The notes below the pieces were generated by a model. It saw nothing but the letters and a program-made list of their open reading frames with translations, was not told the DNA's origin and made no database searches. The translations under genes and the position numbers were made by a program. 64,000 bases of DNA, taken from Schizosaccharomyces osmophilus. Lineage: Eukaryota. Shown piece after piece: positions 24,306 to 37,482 of this stretch (position 1 is its first letter; every line of letters begins with the position of its first letter). Where the stretch lies: NCBI RefSeq assembly GCF_027921745.1, contig NC_079238.1, positions 620,001-684,000 of the forward strand, in the 5' to 3' direction.

Positions 24306-24980
24306 TTAGGCGGTTTTTTCTTCATCATTCAATTCAGTGATGGTGGGACCATCCGAGACAGCAGCAGCGGGTGTGCTGGAAGAAGCAGCCGGAGCGGCAG
24401 GAGCAGACTTGTTGGCGTTACTGAACGGACCACCACCAGCAGCAAAAGGACGAGCCAAACTACCTTCGGCTGCCTTGCCAAGAATGTAAATAGAAGTCAA
24501 TTGGTTTGTGAACAAGCTAATCAAAGGGAGGATGGATTGAAGTACCAAAGGTTGAGCATAGCCCATGTATAAGTGCATAAAGGCCATCATAGCTACACCA
24601 ATCATAGAGCTCTTCTTAGCCTTCTGAAGTTGCTCAGTGTCATAATCCTTGACAGTGGTACTGACATGTTTTCCAGCCGATTGTCCAGAGAAAGGAGCAG
24701 CAGGTTCTTCATAGATCAGGGGTGTACGATCATTGTTGGAGCTTATGCGAGTTTGAATAATGGTATAAATGCCAAAAATAATAGCATTGGAGACCACATA
24801 AGCAGCACGAGCATAGTAAACAATTTGAGGATCTTCAAAGTCCAATCGTTTAGAGTATTGCATAACACCTAAAGCGGCGACAAGATTTAAAACCTAGCAT
24901 AGAATGGTTAGTATCAATTACAACACAGAAACGATCTTCCGTCTTCACCGACGATTGCTTTTGCATACCTGAGCATTCAT
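24306..24980 (-). CDS. pho88: Pho88/Snd3 family ER targeting protein, 199 aa; exons 24980-24969 and 24893-24306
   Basis: TTVKDYD, MMAFMHLYMGYAQPLVLQSILP, LARPF. Confidence 0.9.
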
Positions 24981-25795
24981 TTTTTATTTCAAATAAAGTG
25001 AATTTAATGTACTTTTCTATAATTCTAGGATTTTTATCAGATCCAATTCTATGAAGGTAATGGCGGAGGGCAAGTTTTATACAGAGTTTTATTGATAATC
25101 ATACTCATGTGCAGATAATCAGAGAATTTAACGAAATGAAAGACAGTGGCGCTATCACTATAGATACTCTTACAACGAGGTTTGTAATAAACAATAGGTT
25201 GGAAAGAAAAGTGTAGAACATCGAATACAAAAGAAGAAATAATTTAAGAGGATTCTAGTCATAAAGTGGTTATCGAGAAGCAATCGCTGAAACGTAAAAA
25301 GTGGATTTATGGCGATTCATCATACGTGTTGGCCTGTAAGCTAGGAATCATCTCCATTGAATCGGGCTACTTGACTCGTTTAAAGGAGTTGGAAGGAATG
25401 GAACATTGATGGTTGACAAAAACAAGCAATCCGAAAGGTTGGCGTTGCGCAAAATGTTGTTTACATTGCGTCCTGCCTCGCCATAATATTCAGTGATGAT
25501 GATCCTTGTGGGAAAGAGTGCTAGGTATCGTGTGGTAGACTTGCAAAAGATGAAGGTAGCTTAATTTACATTCATTCACATTCAGATTATCAACGAGTAG
25601 TAAAAGTACAAATGTAGTATAATTTTCAAATCATTAAAAGTTGTGGATCCATGAAGCAACAAAGCATTATGAGTTTTAAACTGAATGAGAGACCATCATA
25701 AAATTAACAGACGAAAGAAAAAGAGTAGAAAACAAAAAACTATCTGCTTTTTATGTGTCATAAAATAACACAACGACGACGAGGGGCCTAACCAT

Positions 25796-27148
25796 TTACG
25801 TTGCAGACAGGCCAATTCTTGAATCAATTAGTACTCGCATCAAAAACAGTAAAGCAGTTTAGAACGTACGAAAAATGATTTATAAGGGAACATTCTCCAC
25901 CCGTAGAAGTATTGATTCGAAAAGTATACAAATTTCCATCAAACGTAGCAACATTTATGTTGGAATTCTCGCCGCTAAACGCTACTGTTGAGGACACCTT
26001 GTCACCAGGTATATGAGCAAATGCAAAATCACGCTCTGGGTCTAGCATGCCCGAAACAGATTGTGGTAAATAACCTCCAACGGTCCCCACAATACTTCGC
26101 GAAGACCTTCGGAACAAACTAAATCCAAGTTAGCAAAGGAGAAACTTCCCAAGGTATAAATGAATGTCCAACGTACCTCTCTCTTCGTGGCTGAGTGGTG
26201 GACGAAGGAACTGGCTGAGGTTTCGATGGCAAACTGTAGCTGCTAAGTCTATATATATGAACGGTCTGGGTACTGGAAGAAACGGCTAAAAGGGTGGAAT
26301 CAGGGTGAAAAGCAATGGAGTAAACTTGAGCTGGCAAAGACCCTCTCCGAAACTGATAAAGGCGTTCCCCGGAAGGAATGGAGTACACCCGGATAATTCT
26401 ACCATTTTCGGATGCCGTAGCCAACATGGTACCATCTGCGTTGAATTCTAAAATCGAAAGGGGATCTTTATGAGCTTGAATAACTGTAATTTCTTTACAA
26501 TGGACTGCATCCCAAACGATGACACGCCCGGAAACAGTTAAACTGGAAAGAGCTGCCGAAGAAGTCTCAAGTTCAGGTCGAGTATTTTTGGTTTCAGTGT
26601 CGGGATAAGCGAGATAGCAATTGGCAGAGTTTGGTGACAGTGCACATACAGAAAAAAGATTCCCGCATGTTTCAATTGTATGCAATAGTAACATGTTACT
26701 GATATCGTACACGTAGATCTGTTCTTCCAGTACCGCAAGCAACCGTTTTCGATTCAATTTCACCGACAACAGCGGTGTCGGAAATGTCAATTCACATATC
26801 GTGGTACCTTTCTTTGTGTTGACCAGCTTTAATTTCCGATTATTTCCATCCTCCTTCTCAACAAGTGCTACGAGCGACGTACTAAACAACATTTCGACAA
26901 TTGACGTCGCGCCCTGTACTACAACCATTACGGTCAGAGCAAATTATAAAAACAAGTGCTCTCATTTCCTAGCTCACGTACATTTAAAGAAACATTTCCC
27001 GAATGGGTCACAATTATAGATTTTGTATCCATCATAGGTTCCTACCGATAATAAACTAAAACGTCAGCAACAACCCTTGGTGTGCACTTGCATACTTGGA
27101 GTCCTGATTAAAGCCGCAAAATAAAAGATGCGACTTGTTTGATGCCAT
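25796..27148 (-). CDS. atg18: PROPPIN Atg18 (Atg18a); exons 27148-27096, 27055-26982, 26918-26177, 26118-25870, 25817-25796
   Basis: FNQD, IVEMLFSTSLVALV, LATASENGRIIRV, FRRG phosphoinositide-binding motif. Confidence 0.93.
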
Positions 27149-27704
27149 TTTAAAGAAAGCAATCGGAAAGATGTTTTTCGTTGTTCTTGCTTTACACAGG
27201 ACAAGTTAGGTCACCGGCATCGTTCTCTATAAAACCGCGGAAAGGTTGACTTCCCGCGGTAACCGAAACCGATTGTCTTACAGTGATTTTCATTTTAAAA
27301 CGATGTAAACAAAAGACAGCTTTGGGAATGAATGGCCCATTCTCTTCATTTGGATGGTAATATATTGTAAAAGTAGAAGAAAATAAAAAAAAACTTGAAC
27401 GAAATCCCAAGATTAAAAGTTTTATGAACAAACTGCGATGCTTCCATTGCTGTCGATGGGTTTGTATCAAAAAGGCACTAAAAACAGAGAAATTGAAGGG
27501 TAAAAAGTAAGAGATTTTAATTTGTTGAAGTAGAAATAGAACCATAGAATGAAGAGCTCATGGCATGTTATAATGTTTATAACCAAGAACAAAAGATATG
27601 ATGATTGAGGATTGCTTGCATACTGTTGACCTGCTCCAATAATGCTGTCATCCCTTTACAAATAATACTGCGAAAAATAAATAAAGTTAAAGCTCTTTTG
27701 GAAT

Positions 27705-28175
27705 TCAACGAGGTACGGGGAATGAATCTGGGCGTTCAATAAAAGAGGTATCGTTGGTAGTAAACGTTTCATCAAGTGCTGAAGTATTCATTTCTTGTGC
27801 GTATCTATTACCATTATTAGAAGAAGATGCAAAATTGCGCTGAGATTGCCTCGATTGAACTTCCATTTTCAACTGATCCTTGATTTTCTGCAAGGAAGCA
27901 CTTTCAGCTAGAGGTGCATTTTCATAGTCAACACAAAAAGCATTAATTTGTAATCCGTATAAGAAAGAAGCAAAAGATTCATTAAAAGAGTCTAAATTTT
28001 GCTTAGTCACTGACAGTTGATTCATACGTTTACGAAATTCATTAACGCCATCATCTAAAGCAGCCAAGGAATTTGCAAACGTCTGGAGATTCGGTGGAAT
28101 CGCATCTGGATCCTTGTTTTCCTCTATATTATTATCATTTTTTGGATTTAAAGTCTCTTTTTCGTAGTTGTCCAT
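27705..28175 (-). CDS. dam1: DASH complex subunit Dam1
   Basis: [35 protein letters not shown]. Confidence 0.93.
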   Translation of the reverse strand: MDNYEKETLNPKNDNNIEENKDPDAIPPNLQTFANSLAALDDGVNEFRKRMNQLSVTKQNLDSFNESFASFLYGLQINAFCVDYENAPLAESASLQKIKDQLKMEVQSRQSQRNFASSSNNGNRYAQEMNTSALDETFTTNDTSFIERPDSFPVPR

Positions 28176-29358
28176 GTTTTCTTCTCGTTTGTGGTCGAAA
28201 GGAAACTACTCGACGGCGGCTTCAGCCGTTGCTGCTGGTACCTTTTTTTTTCGTCGCTCACAGTCTTCCACTGAACAAGAAGATATACGAAACTCGTTAC
28301 ATTATGCCACATGCTCTCCGTTGAAATCTATGATTAAGAAAACATGGCCCTCTATCCAGGAAAATAGTACCTACCGAAATTCTTTCATTCATTTTGCTAA
28401 ATGTGATTCTCCAGATGCTATTCTTATACGGTTTCTAAAATCTTGCCGTATGGATCCAGATCAGGCTAGTCTGAAGCTACTTAACACTTTGAAATGGCGC
28501 ATCGAATCTAACGTCGATAAAGTAGTAGAACACGGTGAGTTGTTTGCTAAAGAGAATAATGACGAACAATTTATAAGACAGCTTCGTACCGGAAAAGTCA
28601 CTATGCTTGGCAGAGATCTTAAGGACCGCCCGATCTGTTACATACGTGCGCATTTACATCAACCATCAAAGGAGACGCAAAAGTCATTGCGAGAAATGAC
28701 AATTTGGGCTATGGAAACCATTCGTCTCTTTTTGCATTCGCAACCTACCTTACAAGCATCGATAGATGATCCTCAGAATGTTAACGTTTTGTTCGACTTG
28801 AGTAAGTTCTCCCTAAGCAACATGGATTATTCATTTGTGAAATACTTGTCCTCTTGTCTGGAATTATACTATCCTGAATCCCTGGGTGTTTGTATTTTGC
28901 ATAAATCCCCATGGATTTTCCGAAGTATATGGAACATTATAAAAGGGTGGATTAAGCCGGAAATCACAGAAAAAATTGTTTTTACTCAAAATTCAAAGGA
29001 TCTGGAAAAGCATATTGGTCGCGAGGTGATTCCTGCTAGTCTGGGAGGAGATAATCAGCATACGTATGAATATATTGAACCAAAGGAAAATGAGAATCAA
29101 CGTGTTGTTGAGGACAGCTACGAAAAAGAAATTGCACTTGGCCGCTATTTTGCTTATTATAATGAATGGGAGCAACATGCTCTACACTGGGCCCAAACAA
29201 CAAATGAAGATGCACTGAATGAAAGACTGCGTACAAATTGCGACATTGCAGGCACAAATTTTTCGAAAGAGTATTGGCGTGTTGATAAATATCTTCGTGC
29301 AAGAACTGTATATGATCGTTTGGGATTGCTAACCAACAAATCAGGACAGACTGTCTAA
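28174..29358 (+). CDS. CRAL-TRIO/Sec14 (Csr1/Sfh-like) lipid-transfer protein with presequence-like N-terminus, 394 aa
   Basis: [50 protein letters not shown]; first ATG at 28174. Confidence 0.9.
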   Translation: MFSSRLWSKGNYSTAASAVAAGTFFFRRSQSSTEQEDIRNSLHYATCSPLKSMIKKTWPSIQENSTYRNSFIHFAKCDSPDAILIRFLKSCRMDPDQASLKLLNTLKWRIESNVDKVVEHGELFAKENNDEQFIRQLRTGKVTMLGRDLKDRPICYIRAHLHQPSKETQKSLREMTIWAMETIRLFLHSQPTLQASIDDPQNVNVLFDLSKFSLSNMDYSFVKYLSSCLELYYPESLGVCILHKSPWIFRSIWNIIKGWIKPEITEKIVFTQNSKDLEKHIGREVIPASLGGDNQHTYEYIEPKENENQRVVEDSYEKEIALGRYFAYYNEWEQHALHWAQTTNEDALNERLRTNCDIAGTNFSKEYWRVDKYLRARTVYDRLGLLTNKSGQTV

Positions 29359-29820
29359 ATTCAGCTATTCTACCGTCTACGTTTGTTTGTTTTTGTTTTT
29401 GGGGAATTCGTTTTATATATATTAGTTGAAAGGGATTTATCATGTCAAGTTACGTTCCTATCAGAAAAGTTTACTTTTCCGTTTCATCCTTCCTCCAAAA
29501 GTCATTAGCTTTACGGATCTATTTATTTGCTATGGCACGGTCACTACTTAATTTACTATTCAGCATAAATAACCCTGCCGGGTATATAGTTTGTTTTGAC
29601 AATTTTGTTTGTACGTTTAAAAAAAGGAAAGAAAAAACGGTGATTGTAAACAAGAGATGTCATATTAATTCATTCACACCCGTGTTCAGTTTTTAGTTAG
29701 TTAATATAACAAAACCAAAATTTCTACAGGCAAAGCTACAACCTTTGCGGACTACAATTTGAGTAATACGATTCACGAATCAAAAATAAAAACCTCAAGA
29801 ACCAAAATTTATTGACTAAT

Positions 29821-30300
<480 letters not shown>

Positions 30301-30337
30301 CTATGTTGGAAATATTTGTTTGGTAAATTTCGAAAAA

Positions 30338-30345
30338 TGTGACTG
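30338..30345 (-). promoter_or_regulatory. Homol-D box (CAGTCACA) of a ribosomal protein promoter
   Basis: TGTGACTG about 62 nt upstream of the ubi5 ATG. Confidence 0.8.
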
Positions 30346-30571
30346 CTTAAACACAACTAAGAAATTTCGGTTCGCTAAGCTTATTAACTTTATATTGAAA
30401 ATGAATAATACAAGAAATTACGAATCGTTCATTTTGACATTGCTGCTTGAGGTTTTCTAACAGCTGAACATTAATGGTTAAAAAAGAAAATTATTTGTTG
30501 TATGGGAAATCATAATAAGAAAGGAAAGGAGCAAAAATCTCAGGCAATGATACGTCTCGTTTTACAAAAAG

Positions 30572-31341
30572 ATGATTAGAAAAGGATTCGTTTGGTATTC
30601 TTTTCAGAGAGGGTCACTGTTCCATACGTGCTCTCATTTAAATTTCTCAAAAAAGCAAAGTCGCCAAGAAGTTTTATTCACCAAAGAACAAATGAACGAG
30701 CTGGGGTCCTTTCTTGAGCAAAATTGGAAGCCGACAAAAGGTAAGTGAGTGTTTGTATCAAGAACAGGCTGCTCAGTCTTATAATATTTTCCTTTCAAAT
30801 CATCTCGCTGTTGTTCAATGACGACGAGGTGGTGCTGTACAACTCAGTAAACATACCTTTCTTTGTGTATACAATGCTGATATCGAGTCCAATGGGTTCC
30901 TGATGAAACAAACGCTAACGAGAATTTATAGACCAAGTGGAAATCAAGTTTGCTCGTAGCAGTGGCCCTGGTGGACAAAACGTAAACAAACTCAATACCA
31001 AAGTTATGGTCTCATTGCCTTTGGAGAATTTGCGTTCTAGTGTCCCATCATTTCTACTCAAACACATTTACTCATGCCAAGAGCTTCGAAGATTTCGTGT
31101 GAACAATCACCTACAGATTCAATCTCAGACAACACGAACACAAGCCAAAAATATTGAAGATGCACTAACTCGGCTTGCAAATTTGCTTCAAGATGTAGCA
31201 AGGTCGCTTTATGCCGCTCCTCCATCGCCTGAAAAGATAAAACGGGTCTCGGCCCTCAAAGAAAATGCAAATAGTAAACGCCTTGACGAGAAAAAGATGA
31301 AGAGTTATAAGAAATCTTCCCGTCGAGTTTCTATAGACTAA
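30572..31341 (+). CDS. pth4: Mitochondrial peptidyl-tRNA hydrolase/release factor (ICT1-like Pth4/Mug82); exons 30572-30740 and 30932-31341
   Basis: FARSSGPGGQNVNK (GGQ motif), basic C-terminal tail, presequence-like exon 1. Confidence 0.9.
30811..30911 (+). ncRNA. Candidate intronic box C/D snoRNA in the pth4 intron
   Basis: ATGACGA (C-like, 30818-30824), CTGA (D, 30900-30903), closing stem TTGTTCA/TGAAACAA. Confidence 0.5.
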
Positions 31342-31652
31342 CGCTTCCTCCTTTCACTTCTCCGTTCTCATTTCATACTCCGTTTTCTCGACCCATATAA
31401 TACATAATAAATAGAATAGAATAGAATAAAATAAGAGAATGACAGAGAACCATTCTCTTCTTTTTTGTTTTTGCACTGCGTGTTTTATGTTTGTTTGTTG
31501 GCATTCAGTAATATATTACATAATATTATATTAGACTTGTTTTGTTGTATACGCCGGTATGAACAATGCGCTTTCCTGCGTACTAAAGTAAACGTTTATT
31601 AACTTTCACTCTTCAAATACCACTACCATTTCTTCTTCAACTCTGCTGGGGA

Positions 31653-34600
31653 ATGGCGAAAACAGCAAGCTCTTTGGCATTCTCTGCCCAGTATGTTGCT
31701 ATCATACATAGTGTTTTTTCGTTAGCAGCATTTGTCATTCCGCTGGGTCTAACTTTGTATTATCATTATCATGAGGTGAGTTTCTTCAAAAAGATCTGTT
31801 TTGGTTGCCTACCTAGCTTCCTAATTTTTTCTCTAACCGCGAATGTTTGTTGAATGTGTATTCATTCGTGCAATACATAATGATGCTCCAAAAGACTGGA
31901 TTTGGTTTTACTTGTTTATCACTTGGTTGCATTCTTTATATTGCTTCGATAAACAGACAAAACAGCTTTTTCCACAACGTTTCTACTTTGATTTGATGTA
32001 GGAAGGCTAACACTTTTTAGGTAGTTAAAAACGAATTTTTCTCGTATCCAGATGAATGGTTTCCCTCTGTTTCAGCGACCATCGGCGACTGGTATCCCGA
32101 ACGCGCTGCTTTTCAATATTTGATCGCTCTCACAGCAACTCCTCGTCTACTTGCCCTCCTACTGTGGTTATCTGTGACTGGTTCAAAAAAACCTTCTGCT
32201 GTGATTACTACTTTTATTGGTGTGCTTCGAACTGCACTTTGCGGTGGATGGGTCTATGTCACTTCTACAGATGACCATAATATGCACGATGTTTTCATGA
32301 TTAGTTACTTGCTTACGAATATTCCTTGGTTCATTCTGACCTCAAAGTACTCTCCTCCCAATGCCAATGCTTACCGTGTTCGAAAATGCGGCTCTTTCTT
32401 ATTCGTCGGTACCATTTTCCCACTTATTTATTGGTATATTCAGCATAAATTCAAACGAATTCCCGGCGCCTATACAATCTACGCATTTCTCGAATGGTCC
32501 CTTATCTTCTGGGATGTTTTATTCGATTCTGCTCTTTACTTTGACTTTCAGCCTCTGCGTCTCAACTTTCATGTTGCTGATAACTCCATTAAGTCTATAT
32601 CTTCAGATATTGTCCCCAAATCCCAAGGGGAGGACAATCAATACACATATGCTAAGGCTGCTTCTTCAAGTCTGAAGAAAACAGGTGAAGATAAGTCTGT
32701 TTGCTCCAAGACACATATCCTCTCGAGTTTTATCCAATTCTCTTCCGAAACTTATCTCGCGTATATCTTTTGGAGCGTATTAACTTCTATGGGCCTTTTA
32801 ATTTGGTATTTTCCGCTCTGGCATATGGGTATTTCTGGATATGAAGCTTCTATTTTAGTTGAGTTATCTCCTTTTCTATTGGCAATTCCATTTGTTAAGA
32901 AACTCACGTTTGGCGCTCCTTTGGTTCCTTTGTCACTGACTCTGGTAGGTGTTGCCGCCTATTTAGTGACCGACCCTGTATACAGACTTTTTACTGTCGC
33001 ATTCGCCGTTTTCAATGGCTGTCTAGGATGGTCTTCGCTTTTGTCAAGCAGCAAACATTCTCCAGTTTTATTGGAAAGACGAATTACTACTTTTTTGCTT
33101 GGTTTAATTGCATCTTCTGTCGCTAAATATTCATTTTTCTCGAACAACCCAATTTGGCCCATTCTTAACGAAAGCAATGGAGGAAGGCAACCAGTTGCCC
33201 TAGTTTTTGGAGTTTTGGCAACTCTTGGCTTCGCCCTATGCTCTTCAGGTTCTAAAAACTCTCAAACCTCTTCTCCAGAAAACGGTAAGAACCCATCGTT
33301 TGCTTCTATATTTGGTTTAGGTTCTACTCTCTTCGCTTTGCACACACTGCTCTGTGACTCCACTATCCTTATTTCCTGGTCTTGGGATGGATATCCCATC
33401 AAAGGGCCCCAAGCTTATCCTCACGGTGCCGTATCCATCATCGTTGCTTTATTAGCTATCGTTGTGGCTCCTCGTTTGTATAGATCATTCTCGTTTATGC
33501 TTTTTGGGTTTGTGGCTTCCTGTGCTGGATCGTATGTTTTTTACTTGAAACATGGTTGGCAAAGCTACCTTGGTGGTTTAGTGCTTTCTTCCTACGTGTT
33601 GATTTCCGCTTTTCCTTCATTCCGGTTTGCAGTATCATCCAGTCCAGCTAAAATCTTTGGTGGTGGCTTCTTGGTATATAGCCTGTATTCTTTTGCACAT
33701 GTTTGGGTAGTAGCATACGAATTCGTTCCTGGTGGATTCATGCTTCGCGAAAAGACCTCGTATTTACTAATTGCTCTTGCGGTCGGACTTTTCTGCCAAT
33801 TATTAGGCTACAGCAGCTTCAGCTCGAAGAAACATCCCGCCGGGATCAACGCAAATGCTGAAGAGACGCATGCTATCAAGCGTGGGTTTAAGAAATCCAT
33901 TGTGTTAGCAGCATGCTTAGGGTTTATGGCAATAAAGTATGCTATCATGTACAAACCACCTTATGATTACACTCCTTACCATCCCGATGAAAAGGTATTT
34001 ACCGCCGGTATTTGGACCATTCATTTTGGATTAGATGATTATATGTGGGCAGCTGAACACCGTATCCGGGATGTTGTTCGCGACATCGAGCTGGATGTTT
34101 TTGGGCTTCTCGAATCCGATACTCAACGTTTAATTATGGGATTCCGTGATTTAACACAACTTTTGTCTCACGATCTGGGCATGTATTCTGACTATGGTCC
34201 AGGACCCGACAAGCATACGTGGGGTGCAGCGTTGTTTTCCAAATTCCCTATCGTCAACTCGACGCACCATTTGCTCCCATCTCCCTATGGTGAGCTTGCT
34301 CCTGCTATCCACGCAACTTTGGATGTTTATGGAGAACTGATTGATGTAATTGTTTCGCACAATGGGCAGTACGAAAACGCGTTAGACCGTCAATTACAAA
34401 GCACAGAGCTGTCAAGGATTATGAAAGAAAGCACCAGACCTTTAGTGTTCTTGGGTTATGTAGTTTCTAATGCGGGAGAAGAGCCTCATACCATCTTGAC
34501 TCGTAATAACGGAATGCTTGACATTGAGCCAGCTGATTTTGATCGTTGGTGTCAATATATTTTATACAGAGGTGTCAAACGCATTGGATACGCTCGACTT

Positions 34601-34798
34601 CATCGTTCGACAGTTACAGATACCGAATTGCAAACTGGAAAATTCCAAGTTACATCAAATTTAGGTGCGAATATTCGCATTGCCTCTGAAAATATTCCTG
34701 AAACGCACCGTTATCCTACCAAATTTGAAGGCACAGGAGTAAATGGACATTACTACGATAACAACCAAGTTATTCATGAACCATGGTATTACGACTAA
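31653..34798 (+). CDS. cwh43: GPI lipid remodelling protein Cwh43 (PGAP2-like plus EEP domain); exons 31653-31775 and 32021-34798
   Basis: YPDEWFPSVSATIGDWYPER, GGWVYVTSTDDH, TAGIWTIHFGLD, GLLESDTQR, GPGPDKHTWG. Confidence 0.95.
31874..32000 (+). ncRNA. Candidate structured, C/D-like RNA in the cwh43 intron
   Basis: ATGATGC (31880-31886), TTGA (31993-31996), terminal TACA/TGTA, internal stem TGTTTATC/GATAAACA; both boxes non-canonical. Confidence 0.3.
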
Positions 34799-35111
34799 CC
34801 TCACGAAAAGAACGCTTCCATTTTCAGGTTAAATGGCTTTATATGGCCACGAGTGACCATTATCTTTCGTTAAGGCTTTAAAAAAAAGCGCGTTTGACGA
34901 ATTTGAAAATAATGAGTTTTATCCACATTGGATACATTATCTGACTAGTATCTGCATTATAGATCGCACTGTATGAATTAATCGGTACTTCCTTTAATAA
35001 ACGATTATAATATTAATAGAAGGTAGGATAGGAAATGAAACTGTAAACTATATAGAAGCCATATCAAAGGTAAGTACGAGAAAACGAGTCTTCCTTCCAC
35101 CGTACTAGAAA

Positions 35112-35997
35112 CTATATGGCTTTTTCCAACTGGGCAGTCACCTTTGGAATACTTTTCTTCAAAAAAGCAATTTTAGCTATAGTTTGTTCATACCTATCAA
35201 TGTCAATAGGCGGTCCATCATTTTGCAGTGCATCACTTGCAGGATGTTCATCCTCAGCTGCCGGATTATTTTTAAACTTTTCCAGTGCAGCTAACTGCTC
35301 ATTTAAAGATTTTGAAAATGCTGATTCATACTGAACAGGTACGTATTTCCTGTATTTGGCGACTCGGACTTGGGCATCTTCCACATCATTAAATAATTGT
35401 TGAACCCGTGAACGAAGAGCAAGATCAAAAGGTTCGATTTGATCCGAGCTTTGGGGATCTTGAAGTGCTGACTTTGCATCAAATCCATTAATTGTGATAT
35501 TATCTTGGACGGTCGTGAACGTGGATTCAATCAGCTGTGGCAGGACGTTAATTTTCATTCTTTTATGATAAGGGAAAGTTTACAATATCCAAGTTGGTCG
35601 ACTTACTTACTTCGTTGAGCATTTCTTTCACCCGAACTCTAAGGTGATCTTCTTTTCCCTTTCCAGTCTCTCGGGATGCTTGTTCAGGCAAATGAATTTC
35701 AAGACTTTTTTGTATAGCATGGCGAAAAACAGACTTTACATAGCTGTAATCCTGGATACTAAAAGATTAGAATAGAACCAGTAAAATTAAAAGCCAAAAA
35801 AAAAAAGGCATCAGACAAGCTAGCAAAATTTCTCAATGAAAGATTGAATTTAAAAAGATAAAAGATACAGTCAAACAGACTACGATAATTTGCTTCAAAA
35901 AAAAAAAAAAAGACAGAACATGGAATTGCTGATCTGAAGATTCATACCTATCAAGCATCACTTTGGGTAATGAAGAATCATCATTATTTGATTCCAT
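35112..35997 (-). CDS. mis14: Kinetochore Mis12-complex subunit Mis14/Nsl1, 206 aa; exons 35997-35948, 35758-35611, 35534-35112
   Basis: NITING, EPFDLALRSRV..VAKYRKYVP; synteny. Confidence 0.88.
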
Positions 35998-36149
35998 TGC
36001 CAAAAAATAAAACAACAACTCAAACAAATATGCAATTCATAAAAAATAAACAATCTGTGCGTTTAGTCAAGGTTGCCTAAAGAGAAGCACAAACTCGAGA
36101 CTTAGCGAGAGATTAAGTGCTTTAAGCTCTAAAGGGAGCGAAACAAAAA

Positions 36150-36790
36150 TCAGATTTTGTTGGCAAATTTGAAATATTCTTCATAAGAGCATCCAATTTG
36201 AGTAGATTGATATCGAGTAGCTTGAACATTTAAATTTCGAAGATTGCCGTAAAAGCCAGATTTACGAATCAAACTCATCAATGTCTCTTTTGGGGTCCAG
36301 CCTTGCTCCGCGGCAACAGAAGGTAAATAGGTAGCTGAGTACCTAATTTTATCTACATAAAAATTAACGGACAAGCCATGAATACCGACAATCCAATCCA
36401 GAGGATCCTCAATCGGCTCAAAGTTCACTAGGAGGTCAATCCCACATTCCAGAAAAGGTAATTCAGCCACGGTGATAGGATGAAAGCGGTCATCAGAGAA
36501 AGCCCTAAAGAACGTCTGGTTAGAAACTTGTTCATTCCTTACGCTTGCGATGTAAACGATGCTTACGCTTGCTGGCTGAAATATCTGAGATTAACATTCA
36601 AAGGACGGGGTTGAAAAGTACCAATGCATCCGCGTAATTGCTTATGATAACGATCTCTGAAAGAGAACTTTACAAAAAGAGGTACCTCGTCAGTCCATGA
36701 TTTCCAGTCCCAATAGTTGCGAAGTCTTCTATGCTCTAAACTAGCGGAAATCACTTCAAAACAAAAATAGCAATAATCCTTTTCTTCCAT
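36150..36790 (-). CDS. AMMECR1-family protein, 192 aa; exons 36790-36567 and 36504-36150
   Basis: PLFV, LRGCIGTF, AFSDDRFHPI, GIHG, ATYLPSVAAEQGW. Confidence 0.93.
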
Positions 36791-37482
36791 TACTTATTAG
36801 TATTATGATTGAAAACCAAAACGAAGGAAAACTTTTCTCCAAGCAAAATTCGTAACTATGCTCTAAGTGATGTCAAAGTGTTTGGCAGATGAATGAAGAC
36901 AAGTATTTCAATAAAAAAAAGTCAGAGAAAATGACACTGAAAGTAGCTTCTATATTTAATAAAATGGATTCAATCAATCAAAGGAGTTGCAAGACCAGTA
37001 ATAAAAGTATCAACACTAGAAAGAAATTGGATCAATTGCTAAACAACTCAATGCCTGAGAGGGAATAATTTGTAATTAATCATCTATACTATTAGATAAT
37101 GCTTATTCTTCTTCCACAAAAAACCTACTGTATACATATCTGCTTCGATATGTGAGAAGAAAATAATTTCAGTCTGTATGCAATACACAAATTCATACTT
37201 TATTCCTTTGGTATATAAATTTATAATAAATAACTAAATGAATCAACGTACAAAAAATTTTTATATCAAAAAGTAAACAAAATCATGTAGGTGAGAATCC
37301 AGAGTATCGCAGACAAACATGTCAATGCTACATATCTTTTCACTCATCCTTTCTTTCTTGATTTTTTTTTTTCTTTATCTTTATAATGAAGCTTTAAAAT
37401 ATTCAAAATCATCAACCTGGTAAAACATTTGCAAAAAAAATAAGGATGCTAAACGTAAAGTGAAAAAGTATTGGCTAGGTAA

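Noticed and set aside
25493..25507. GTGATGATGATCCTT, resembling box C plus a U13/snR45-like 18S 3'-end guide
   Set aside because: No second guide and no suitably placed CTGA box; likely chance
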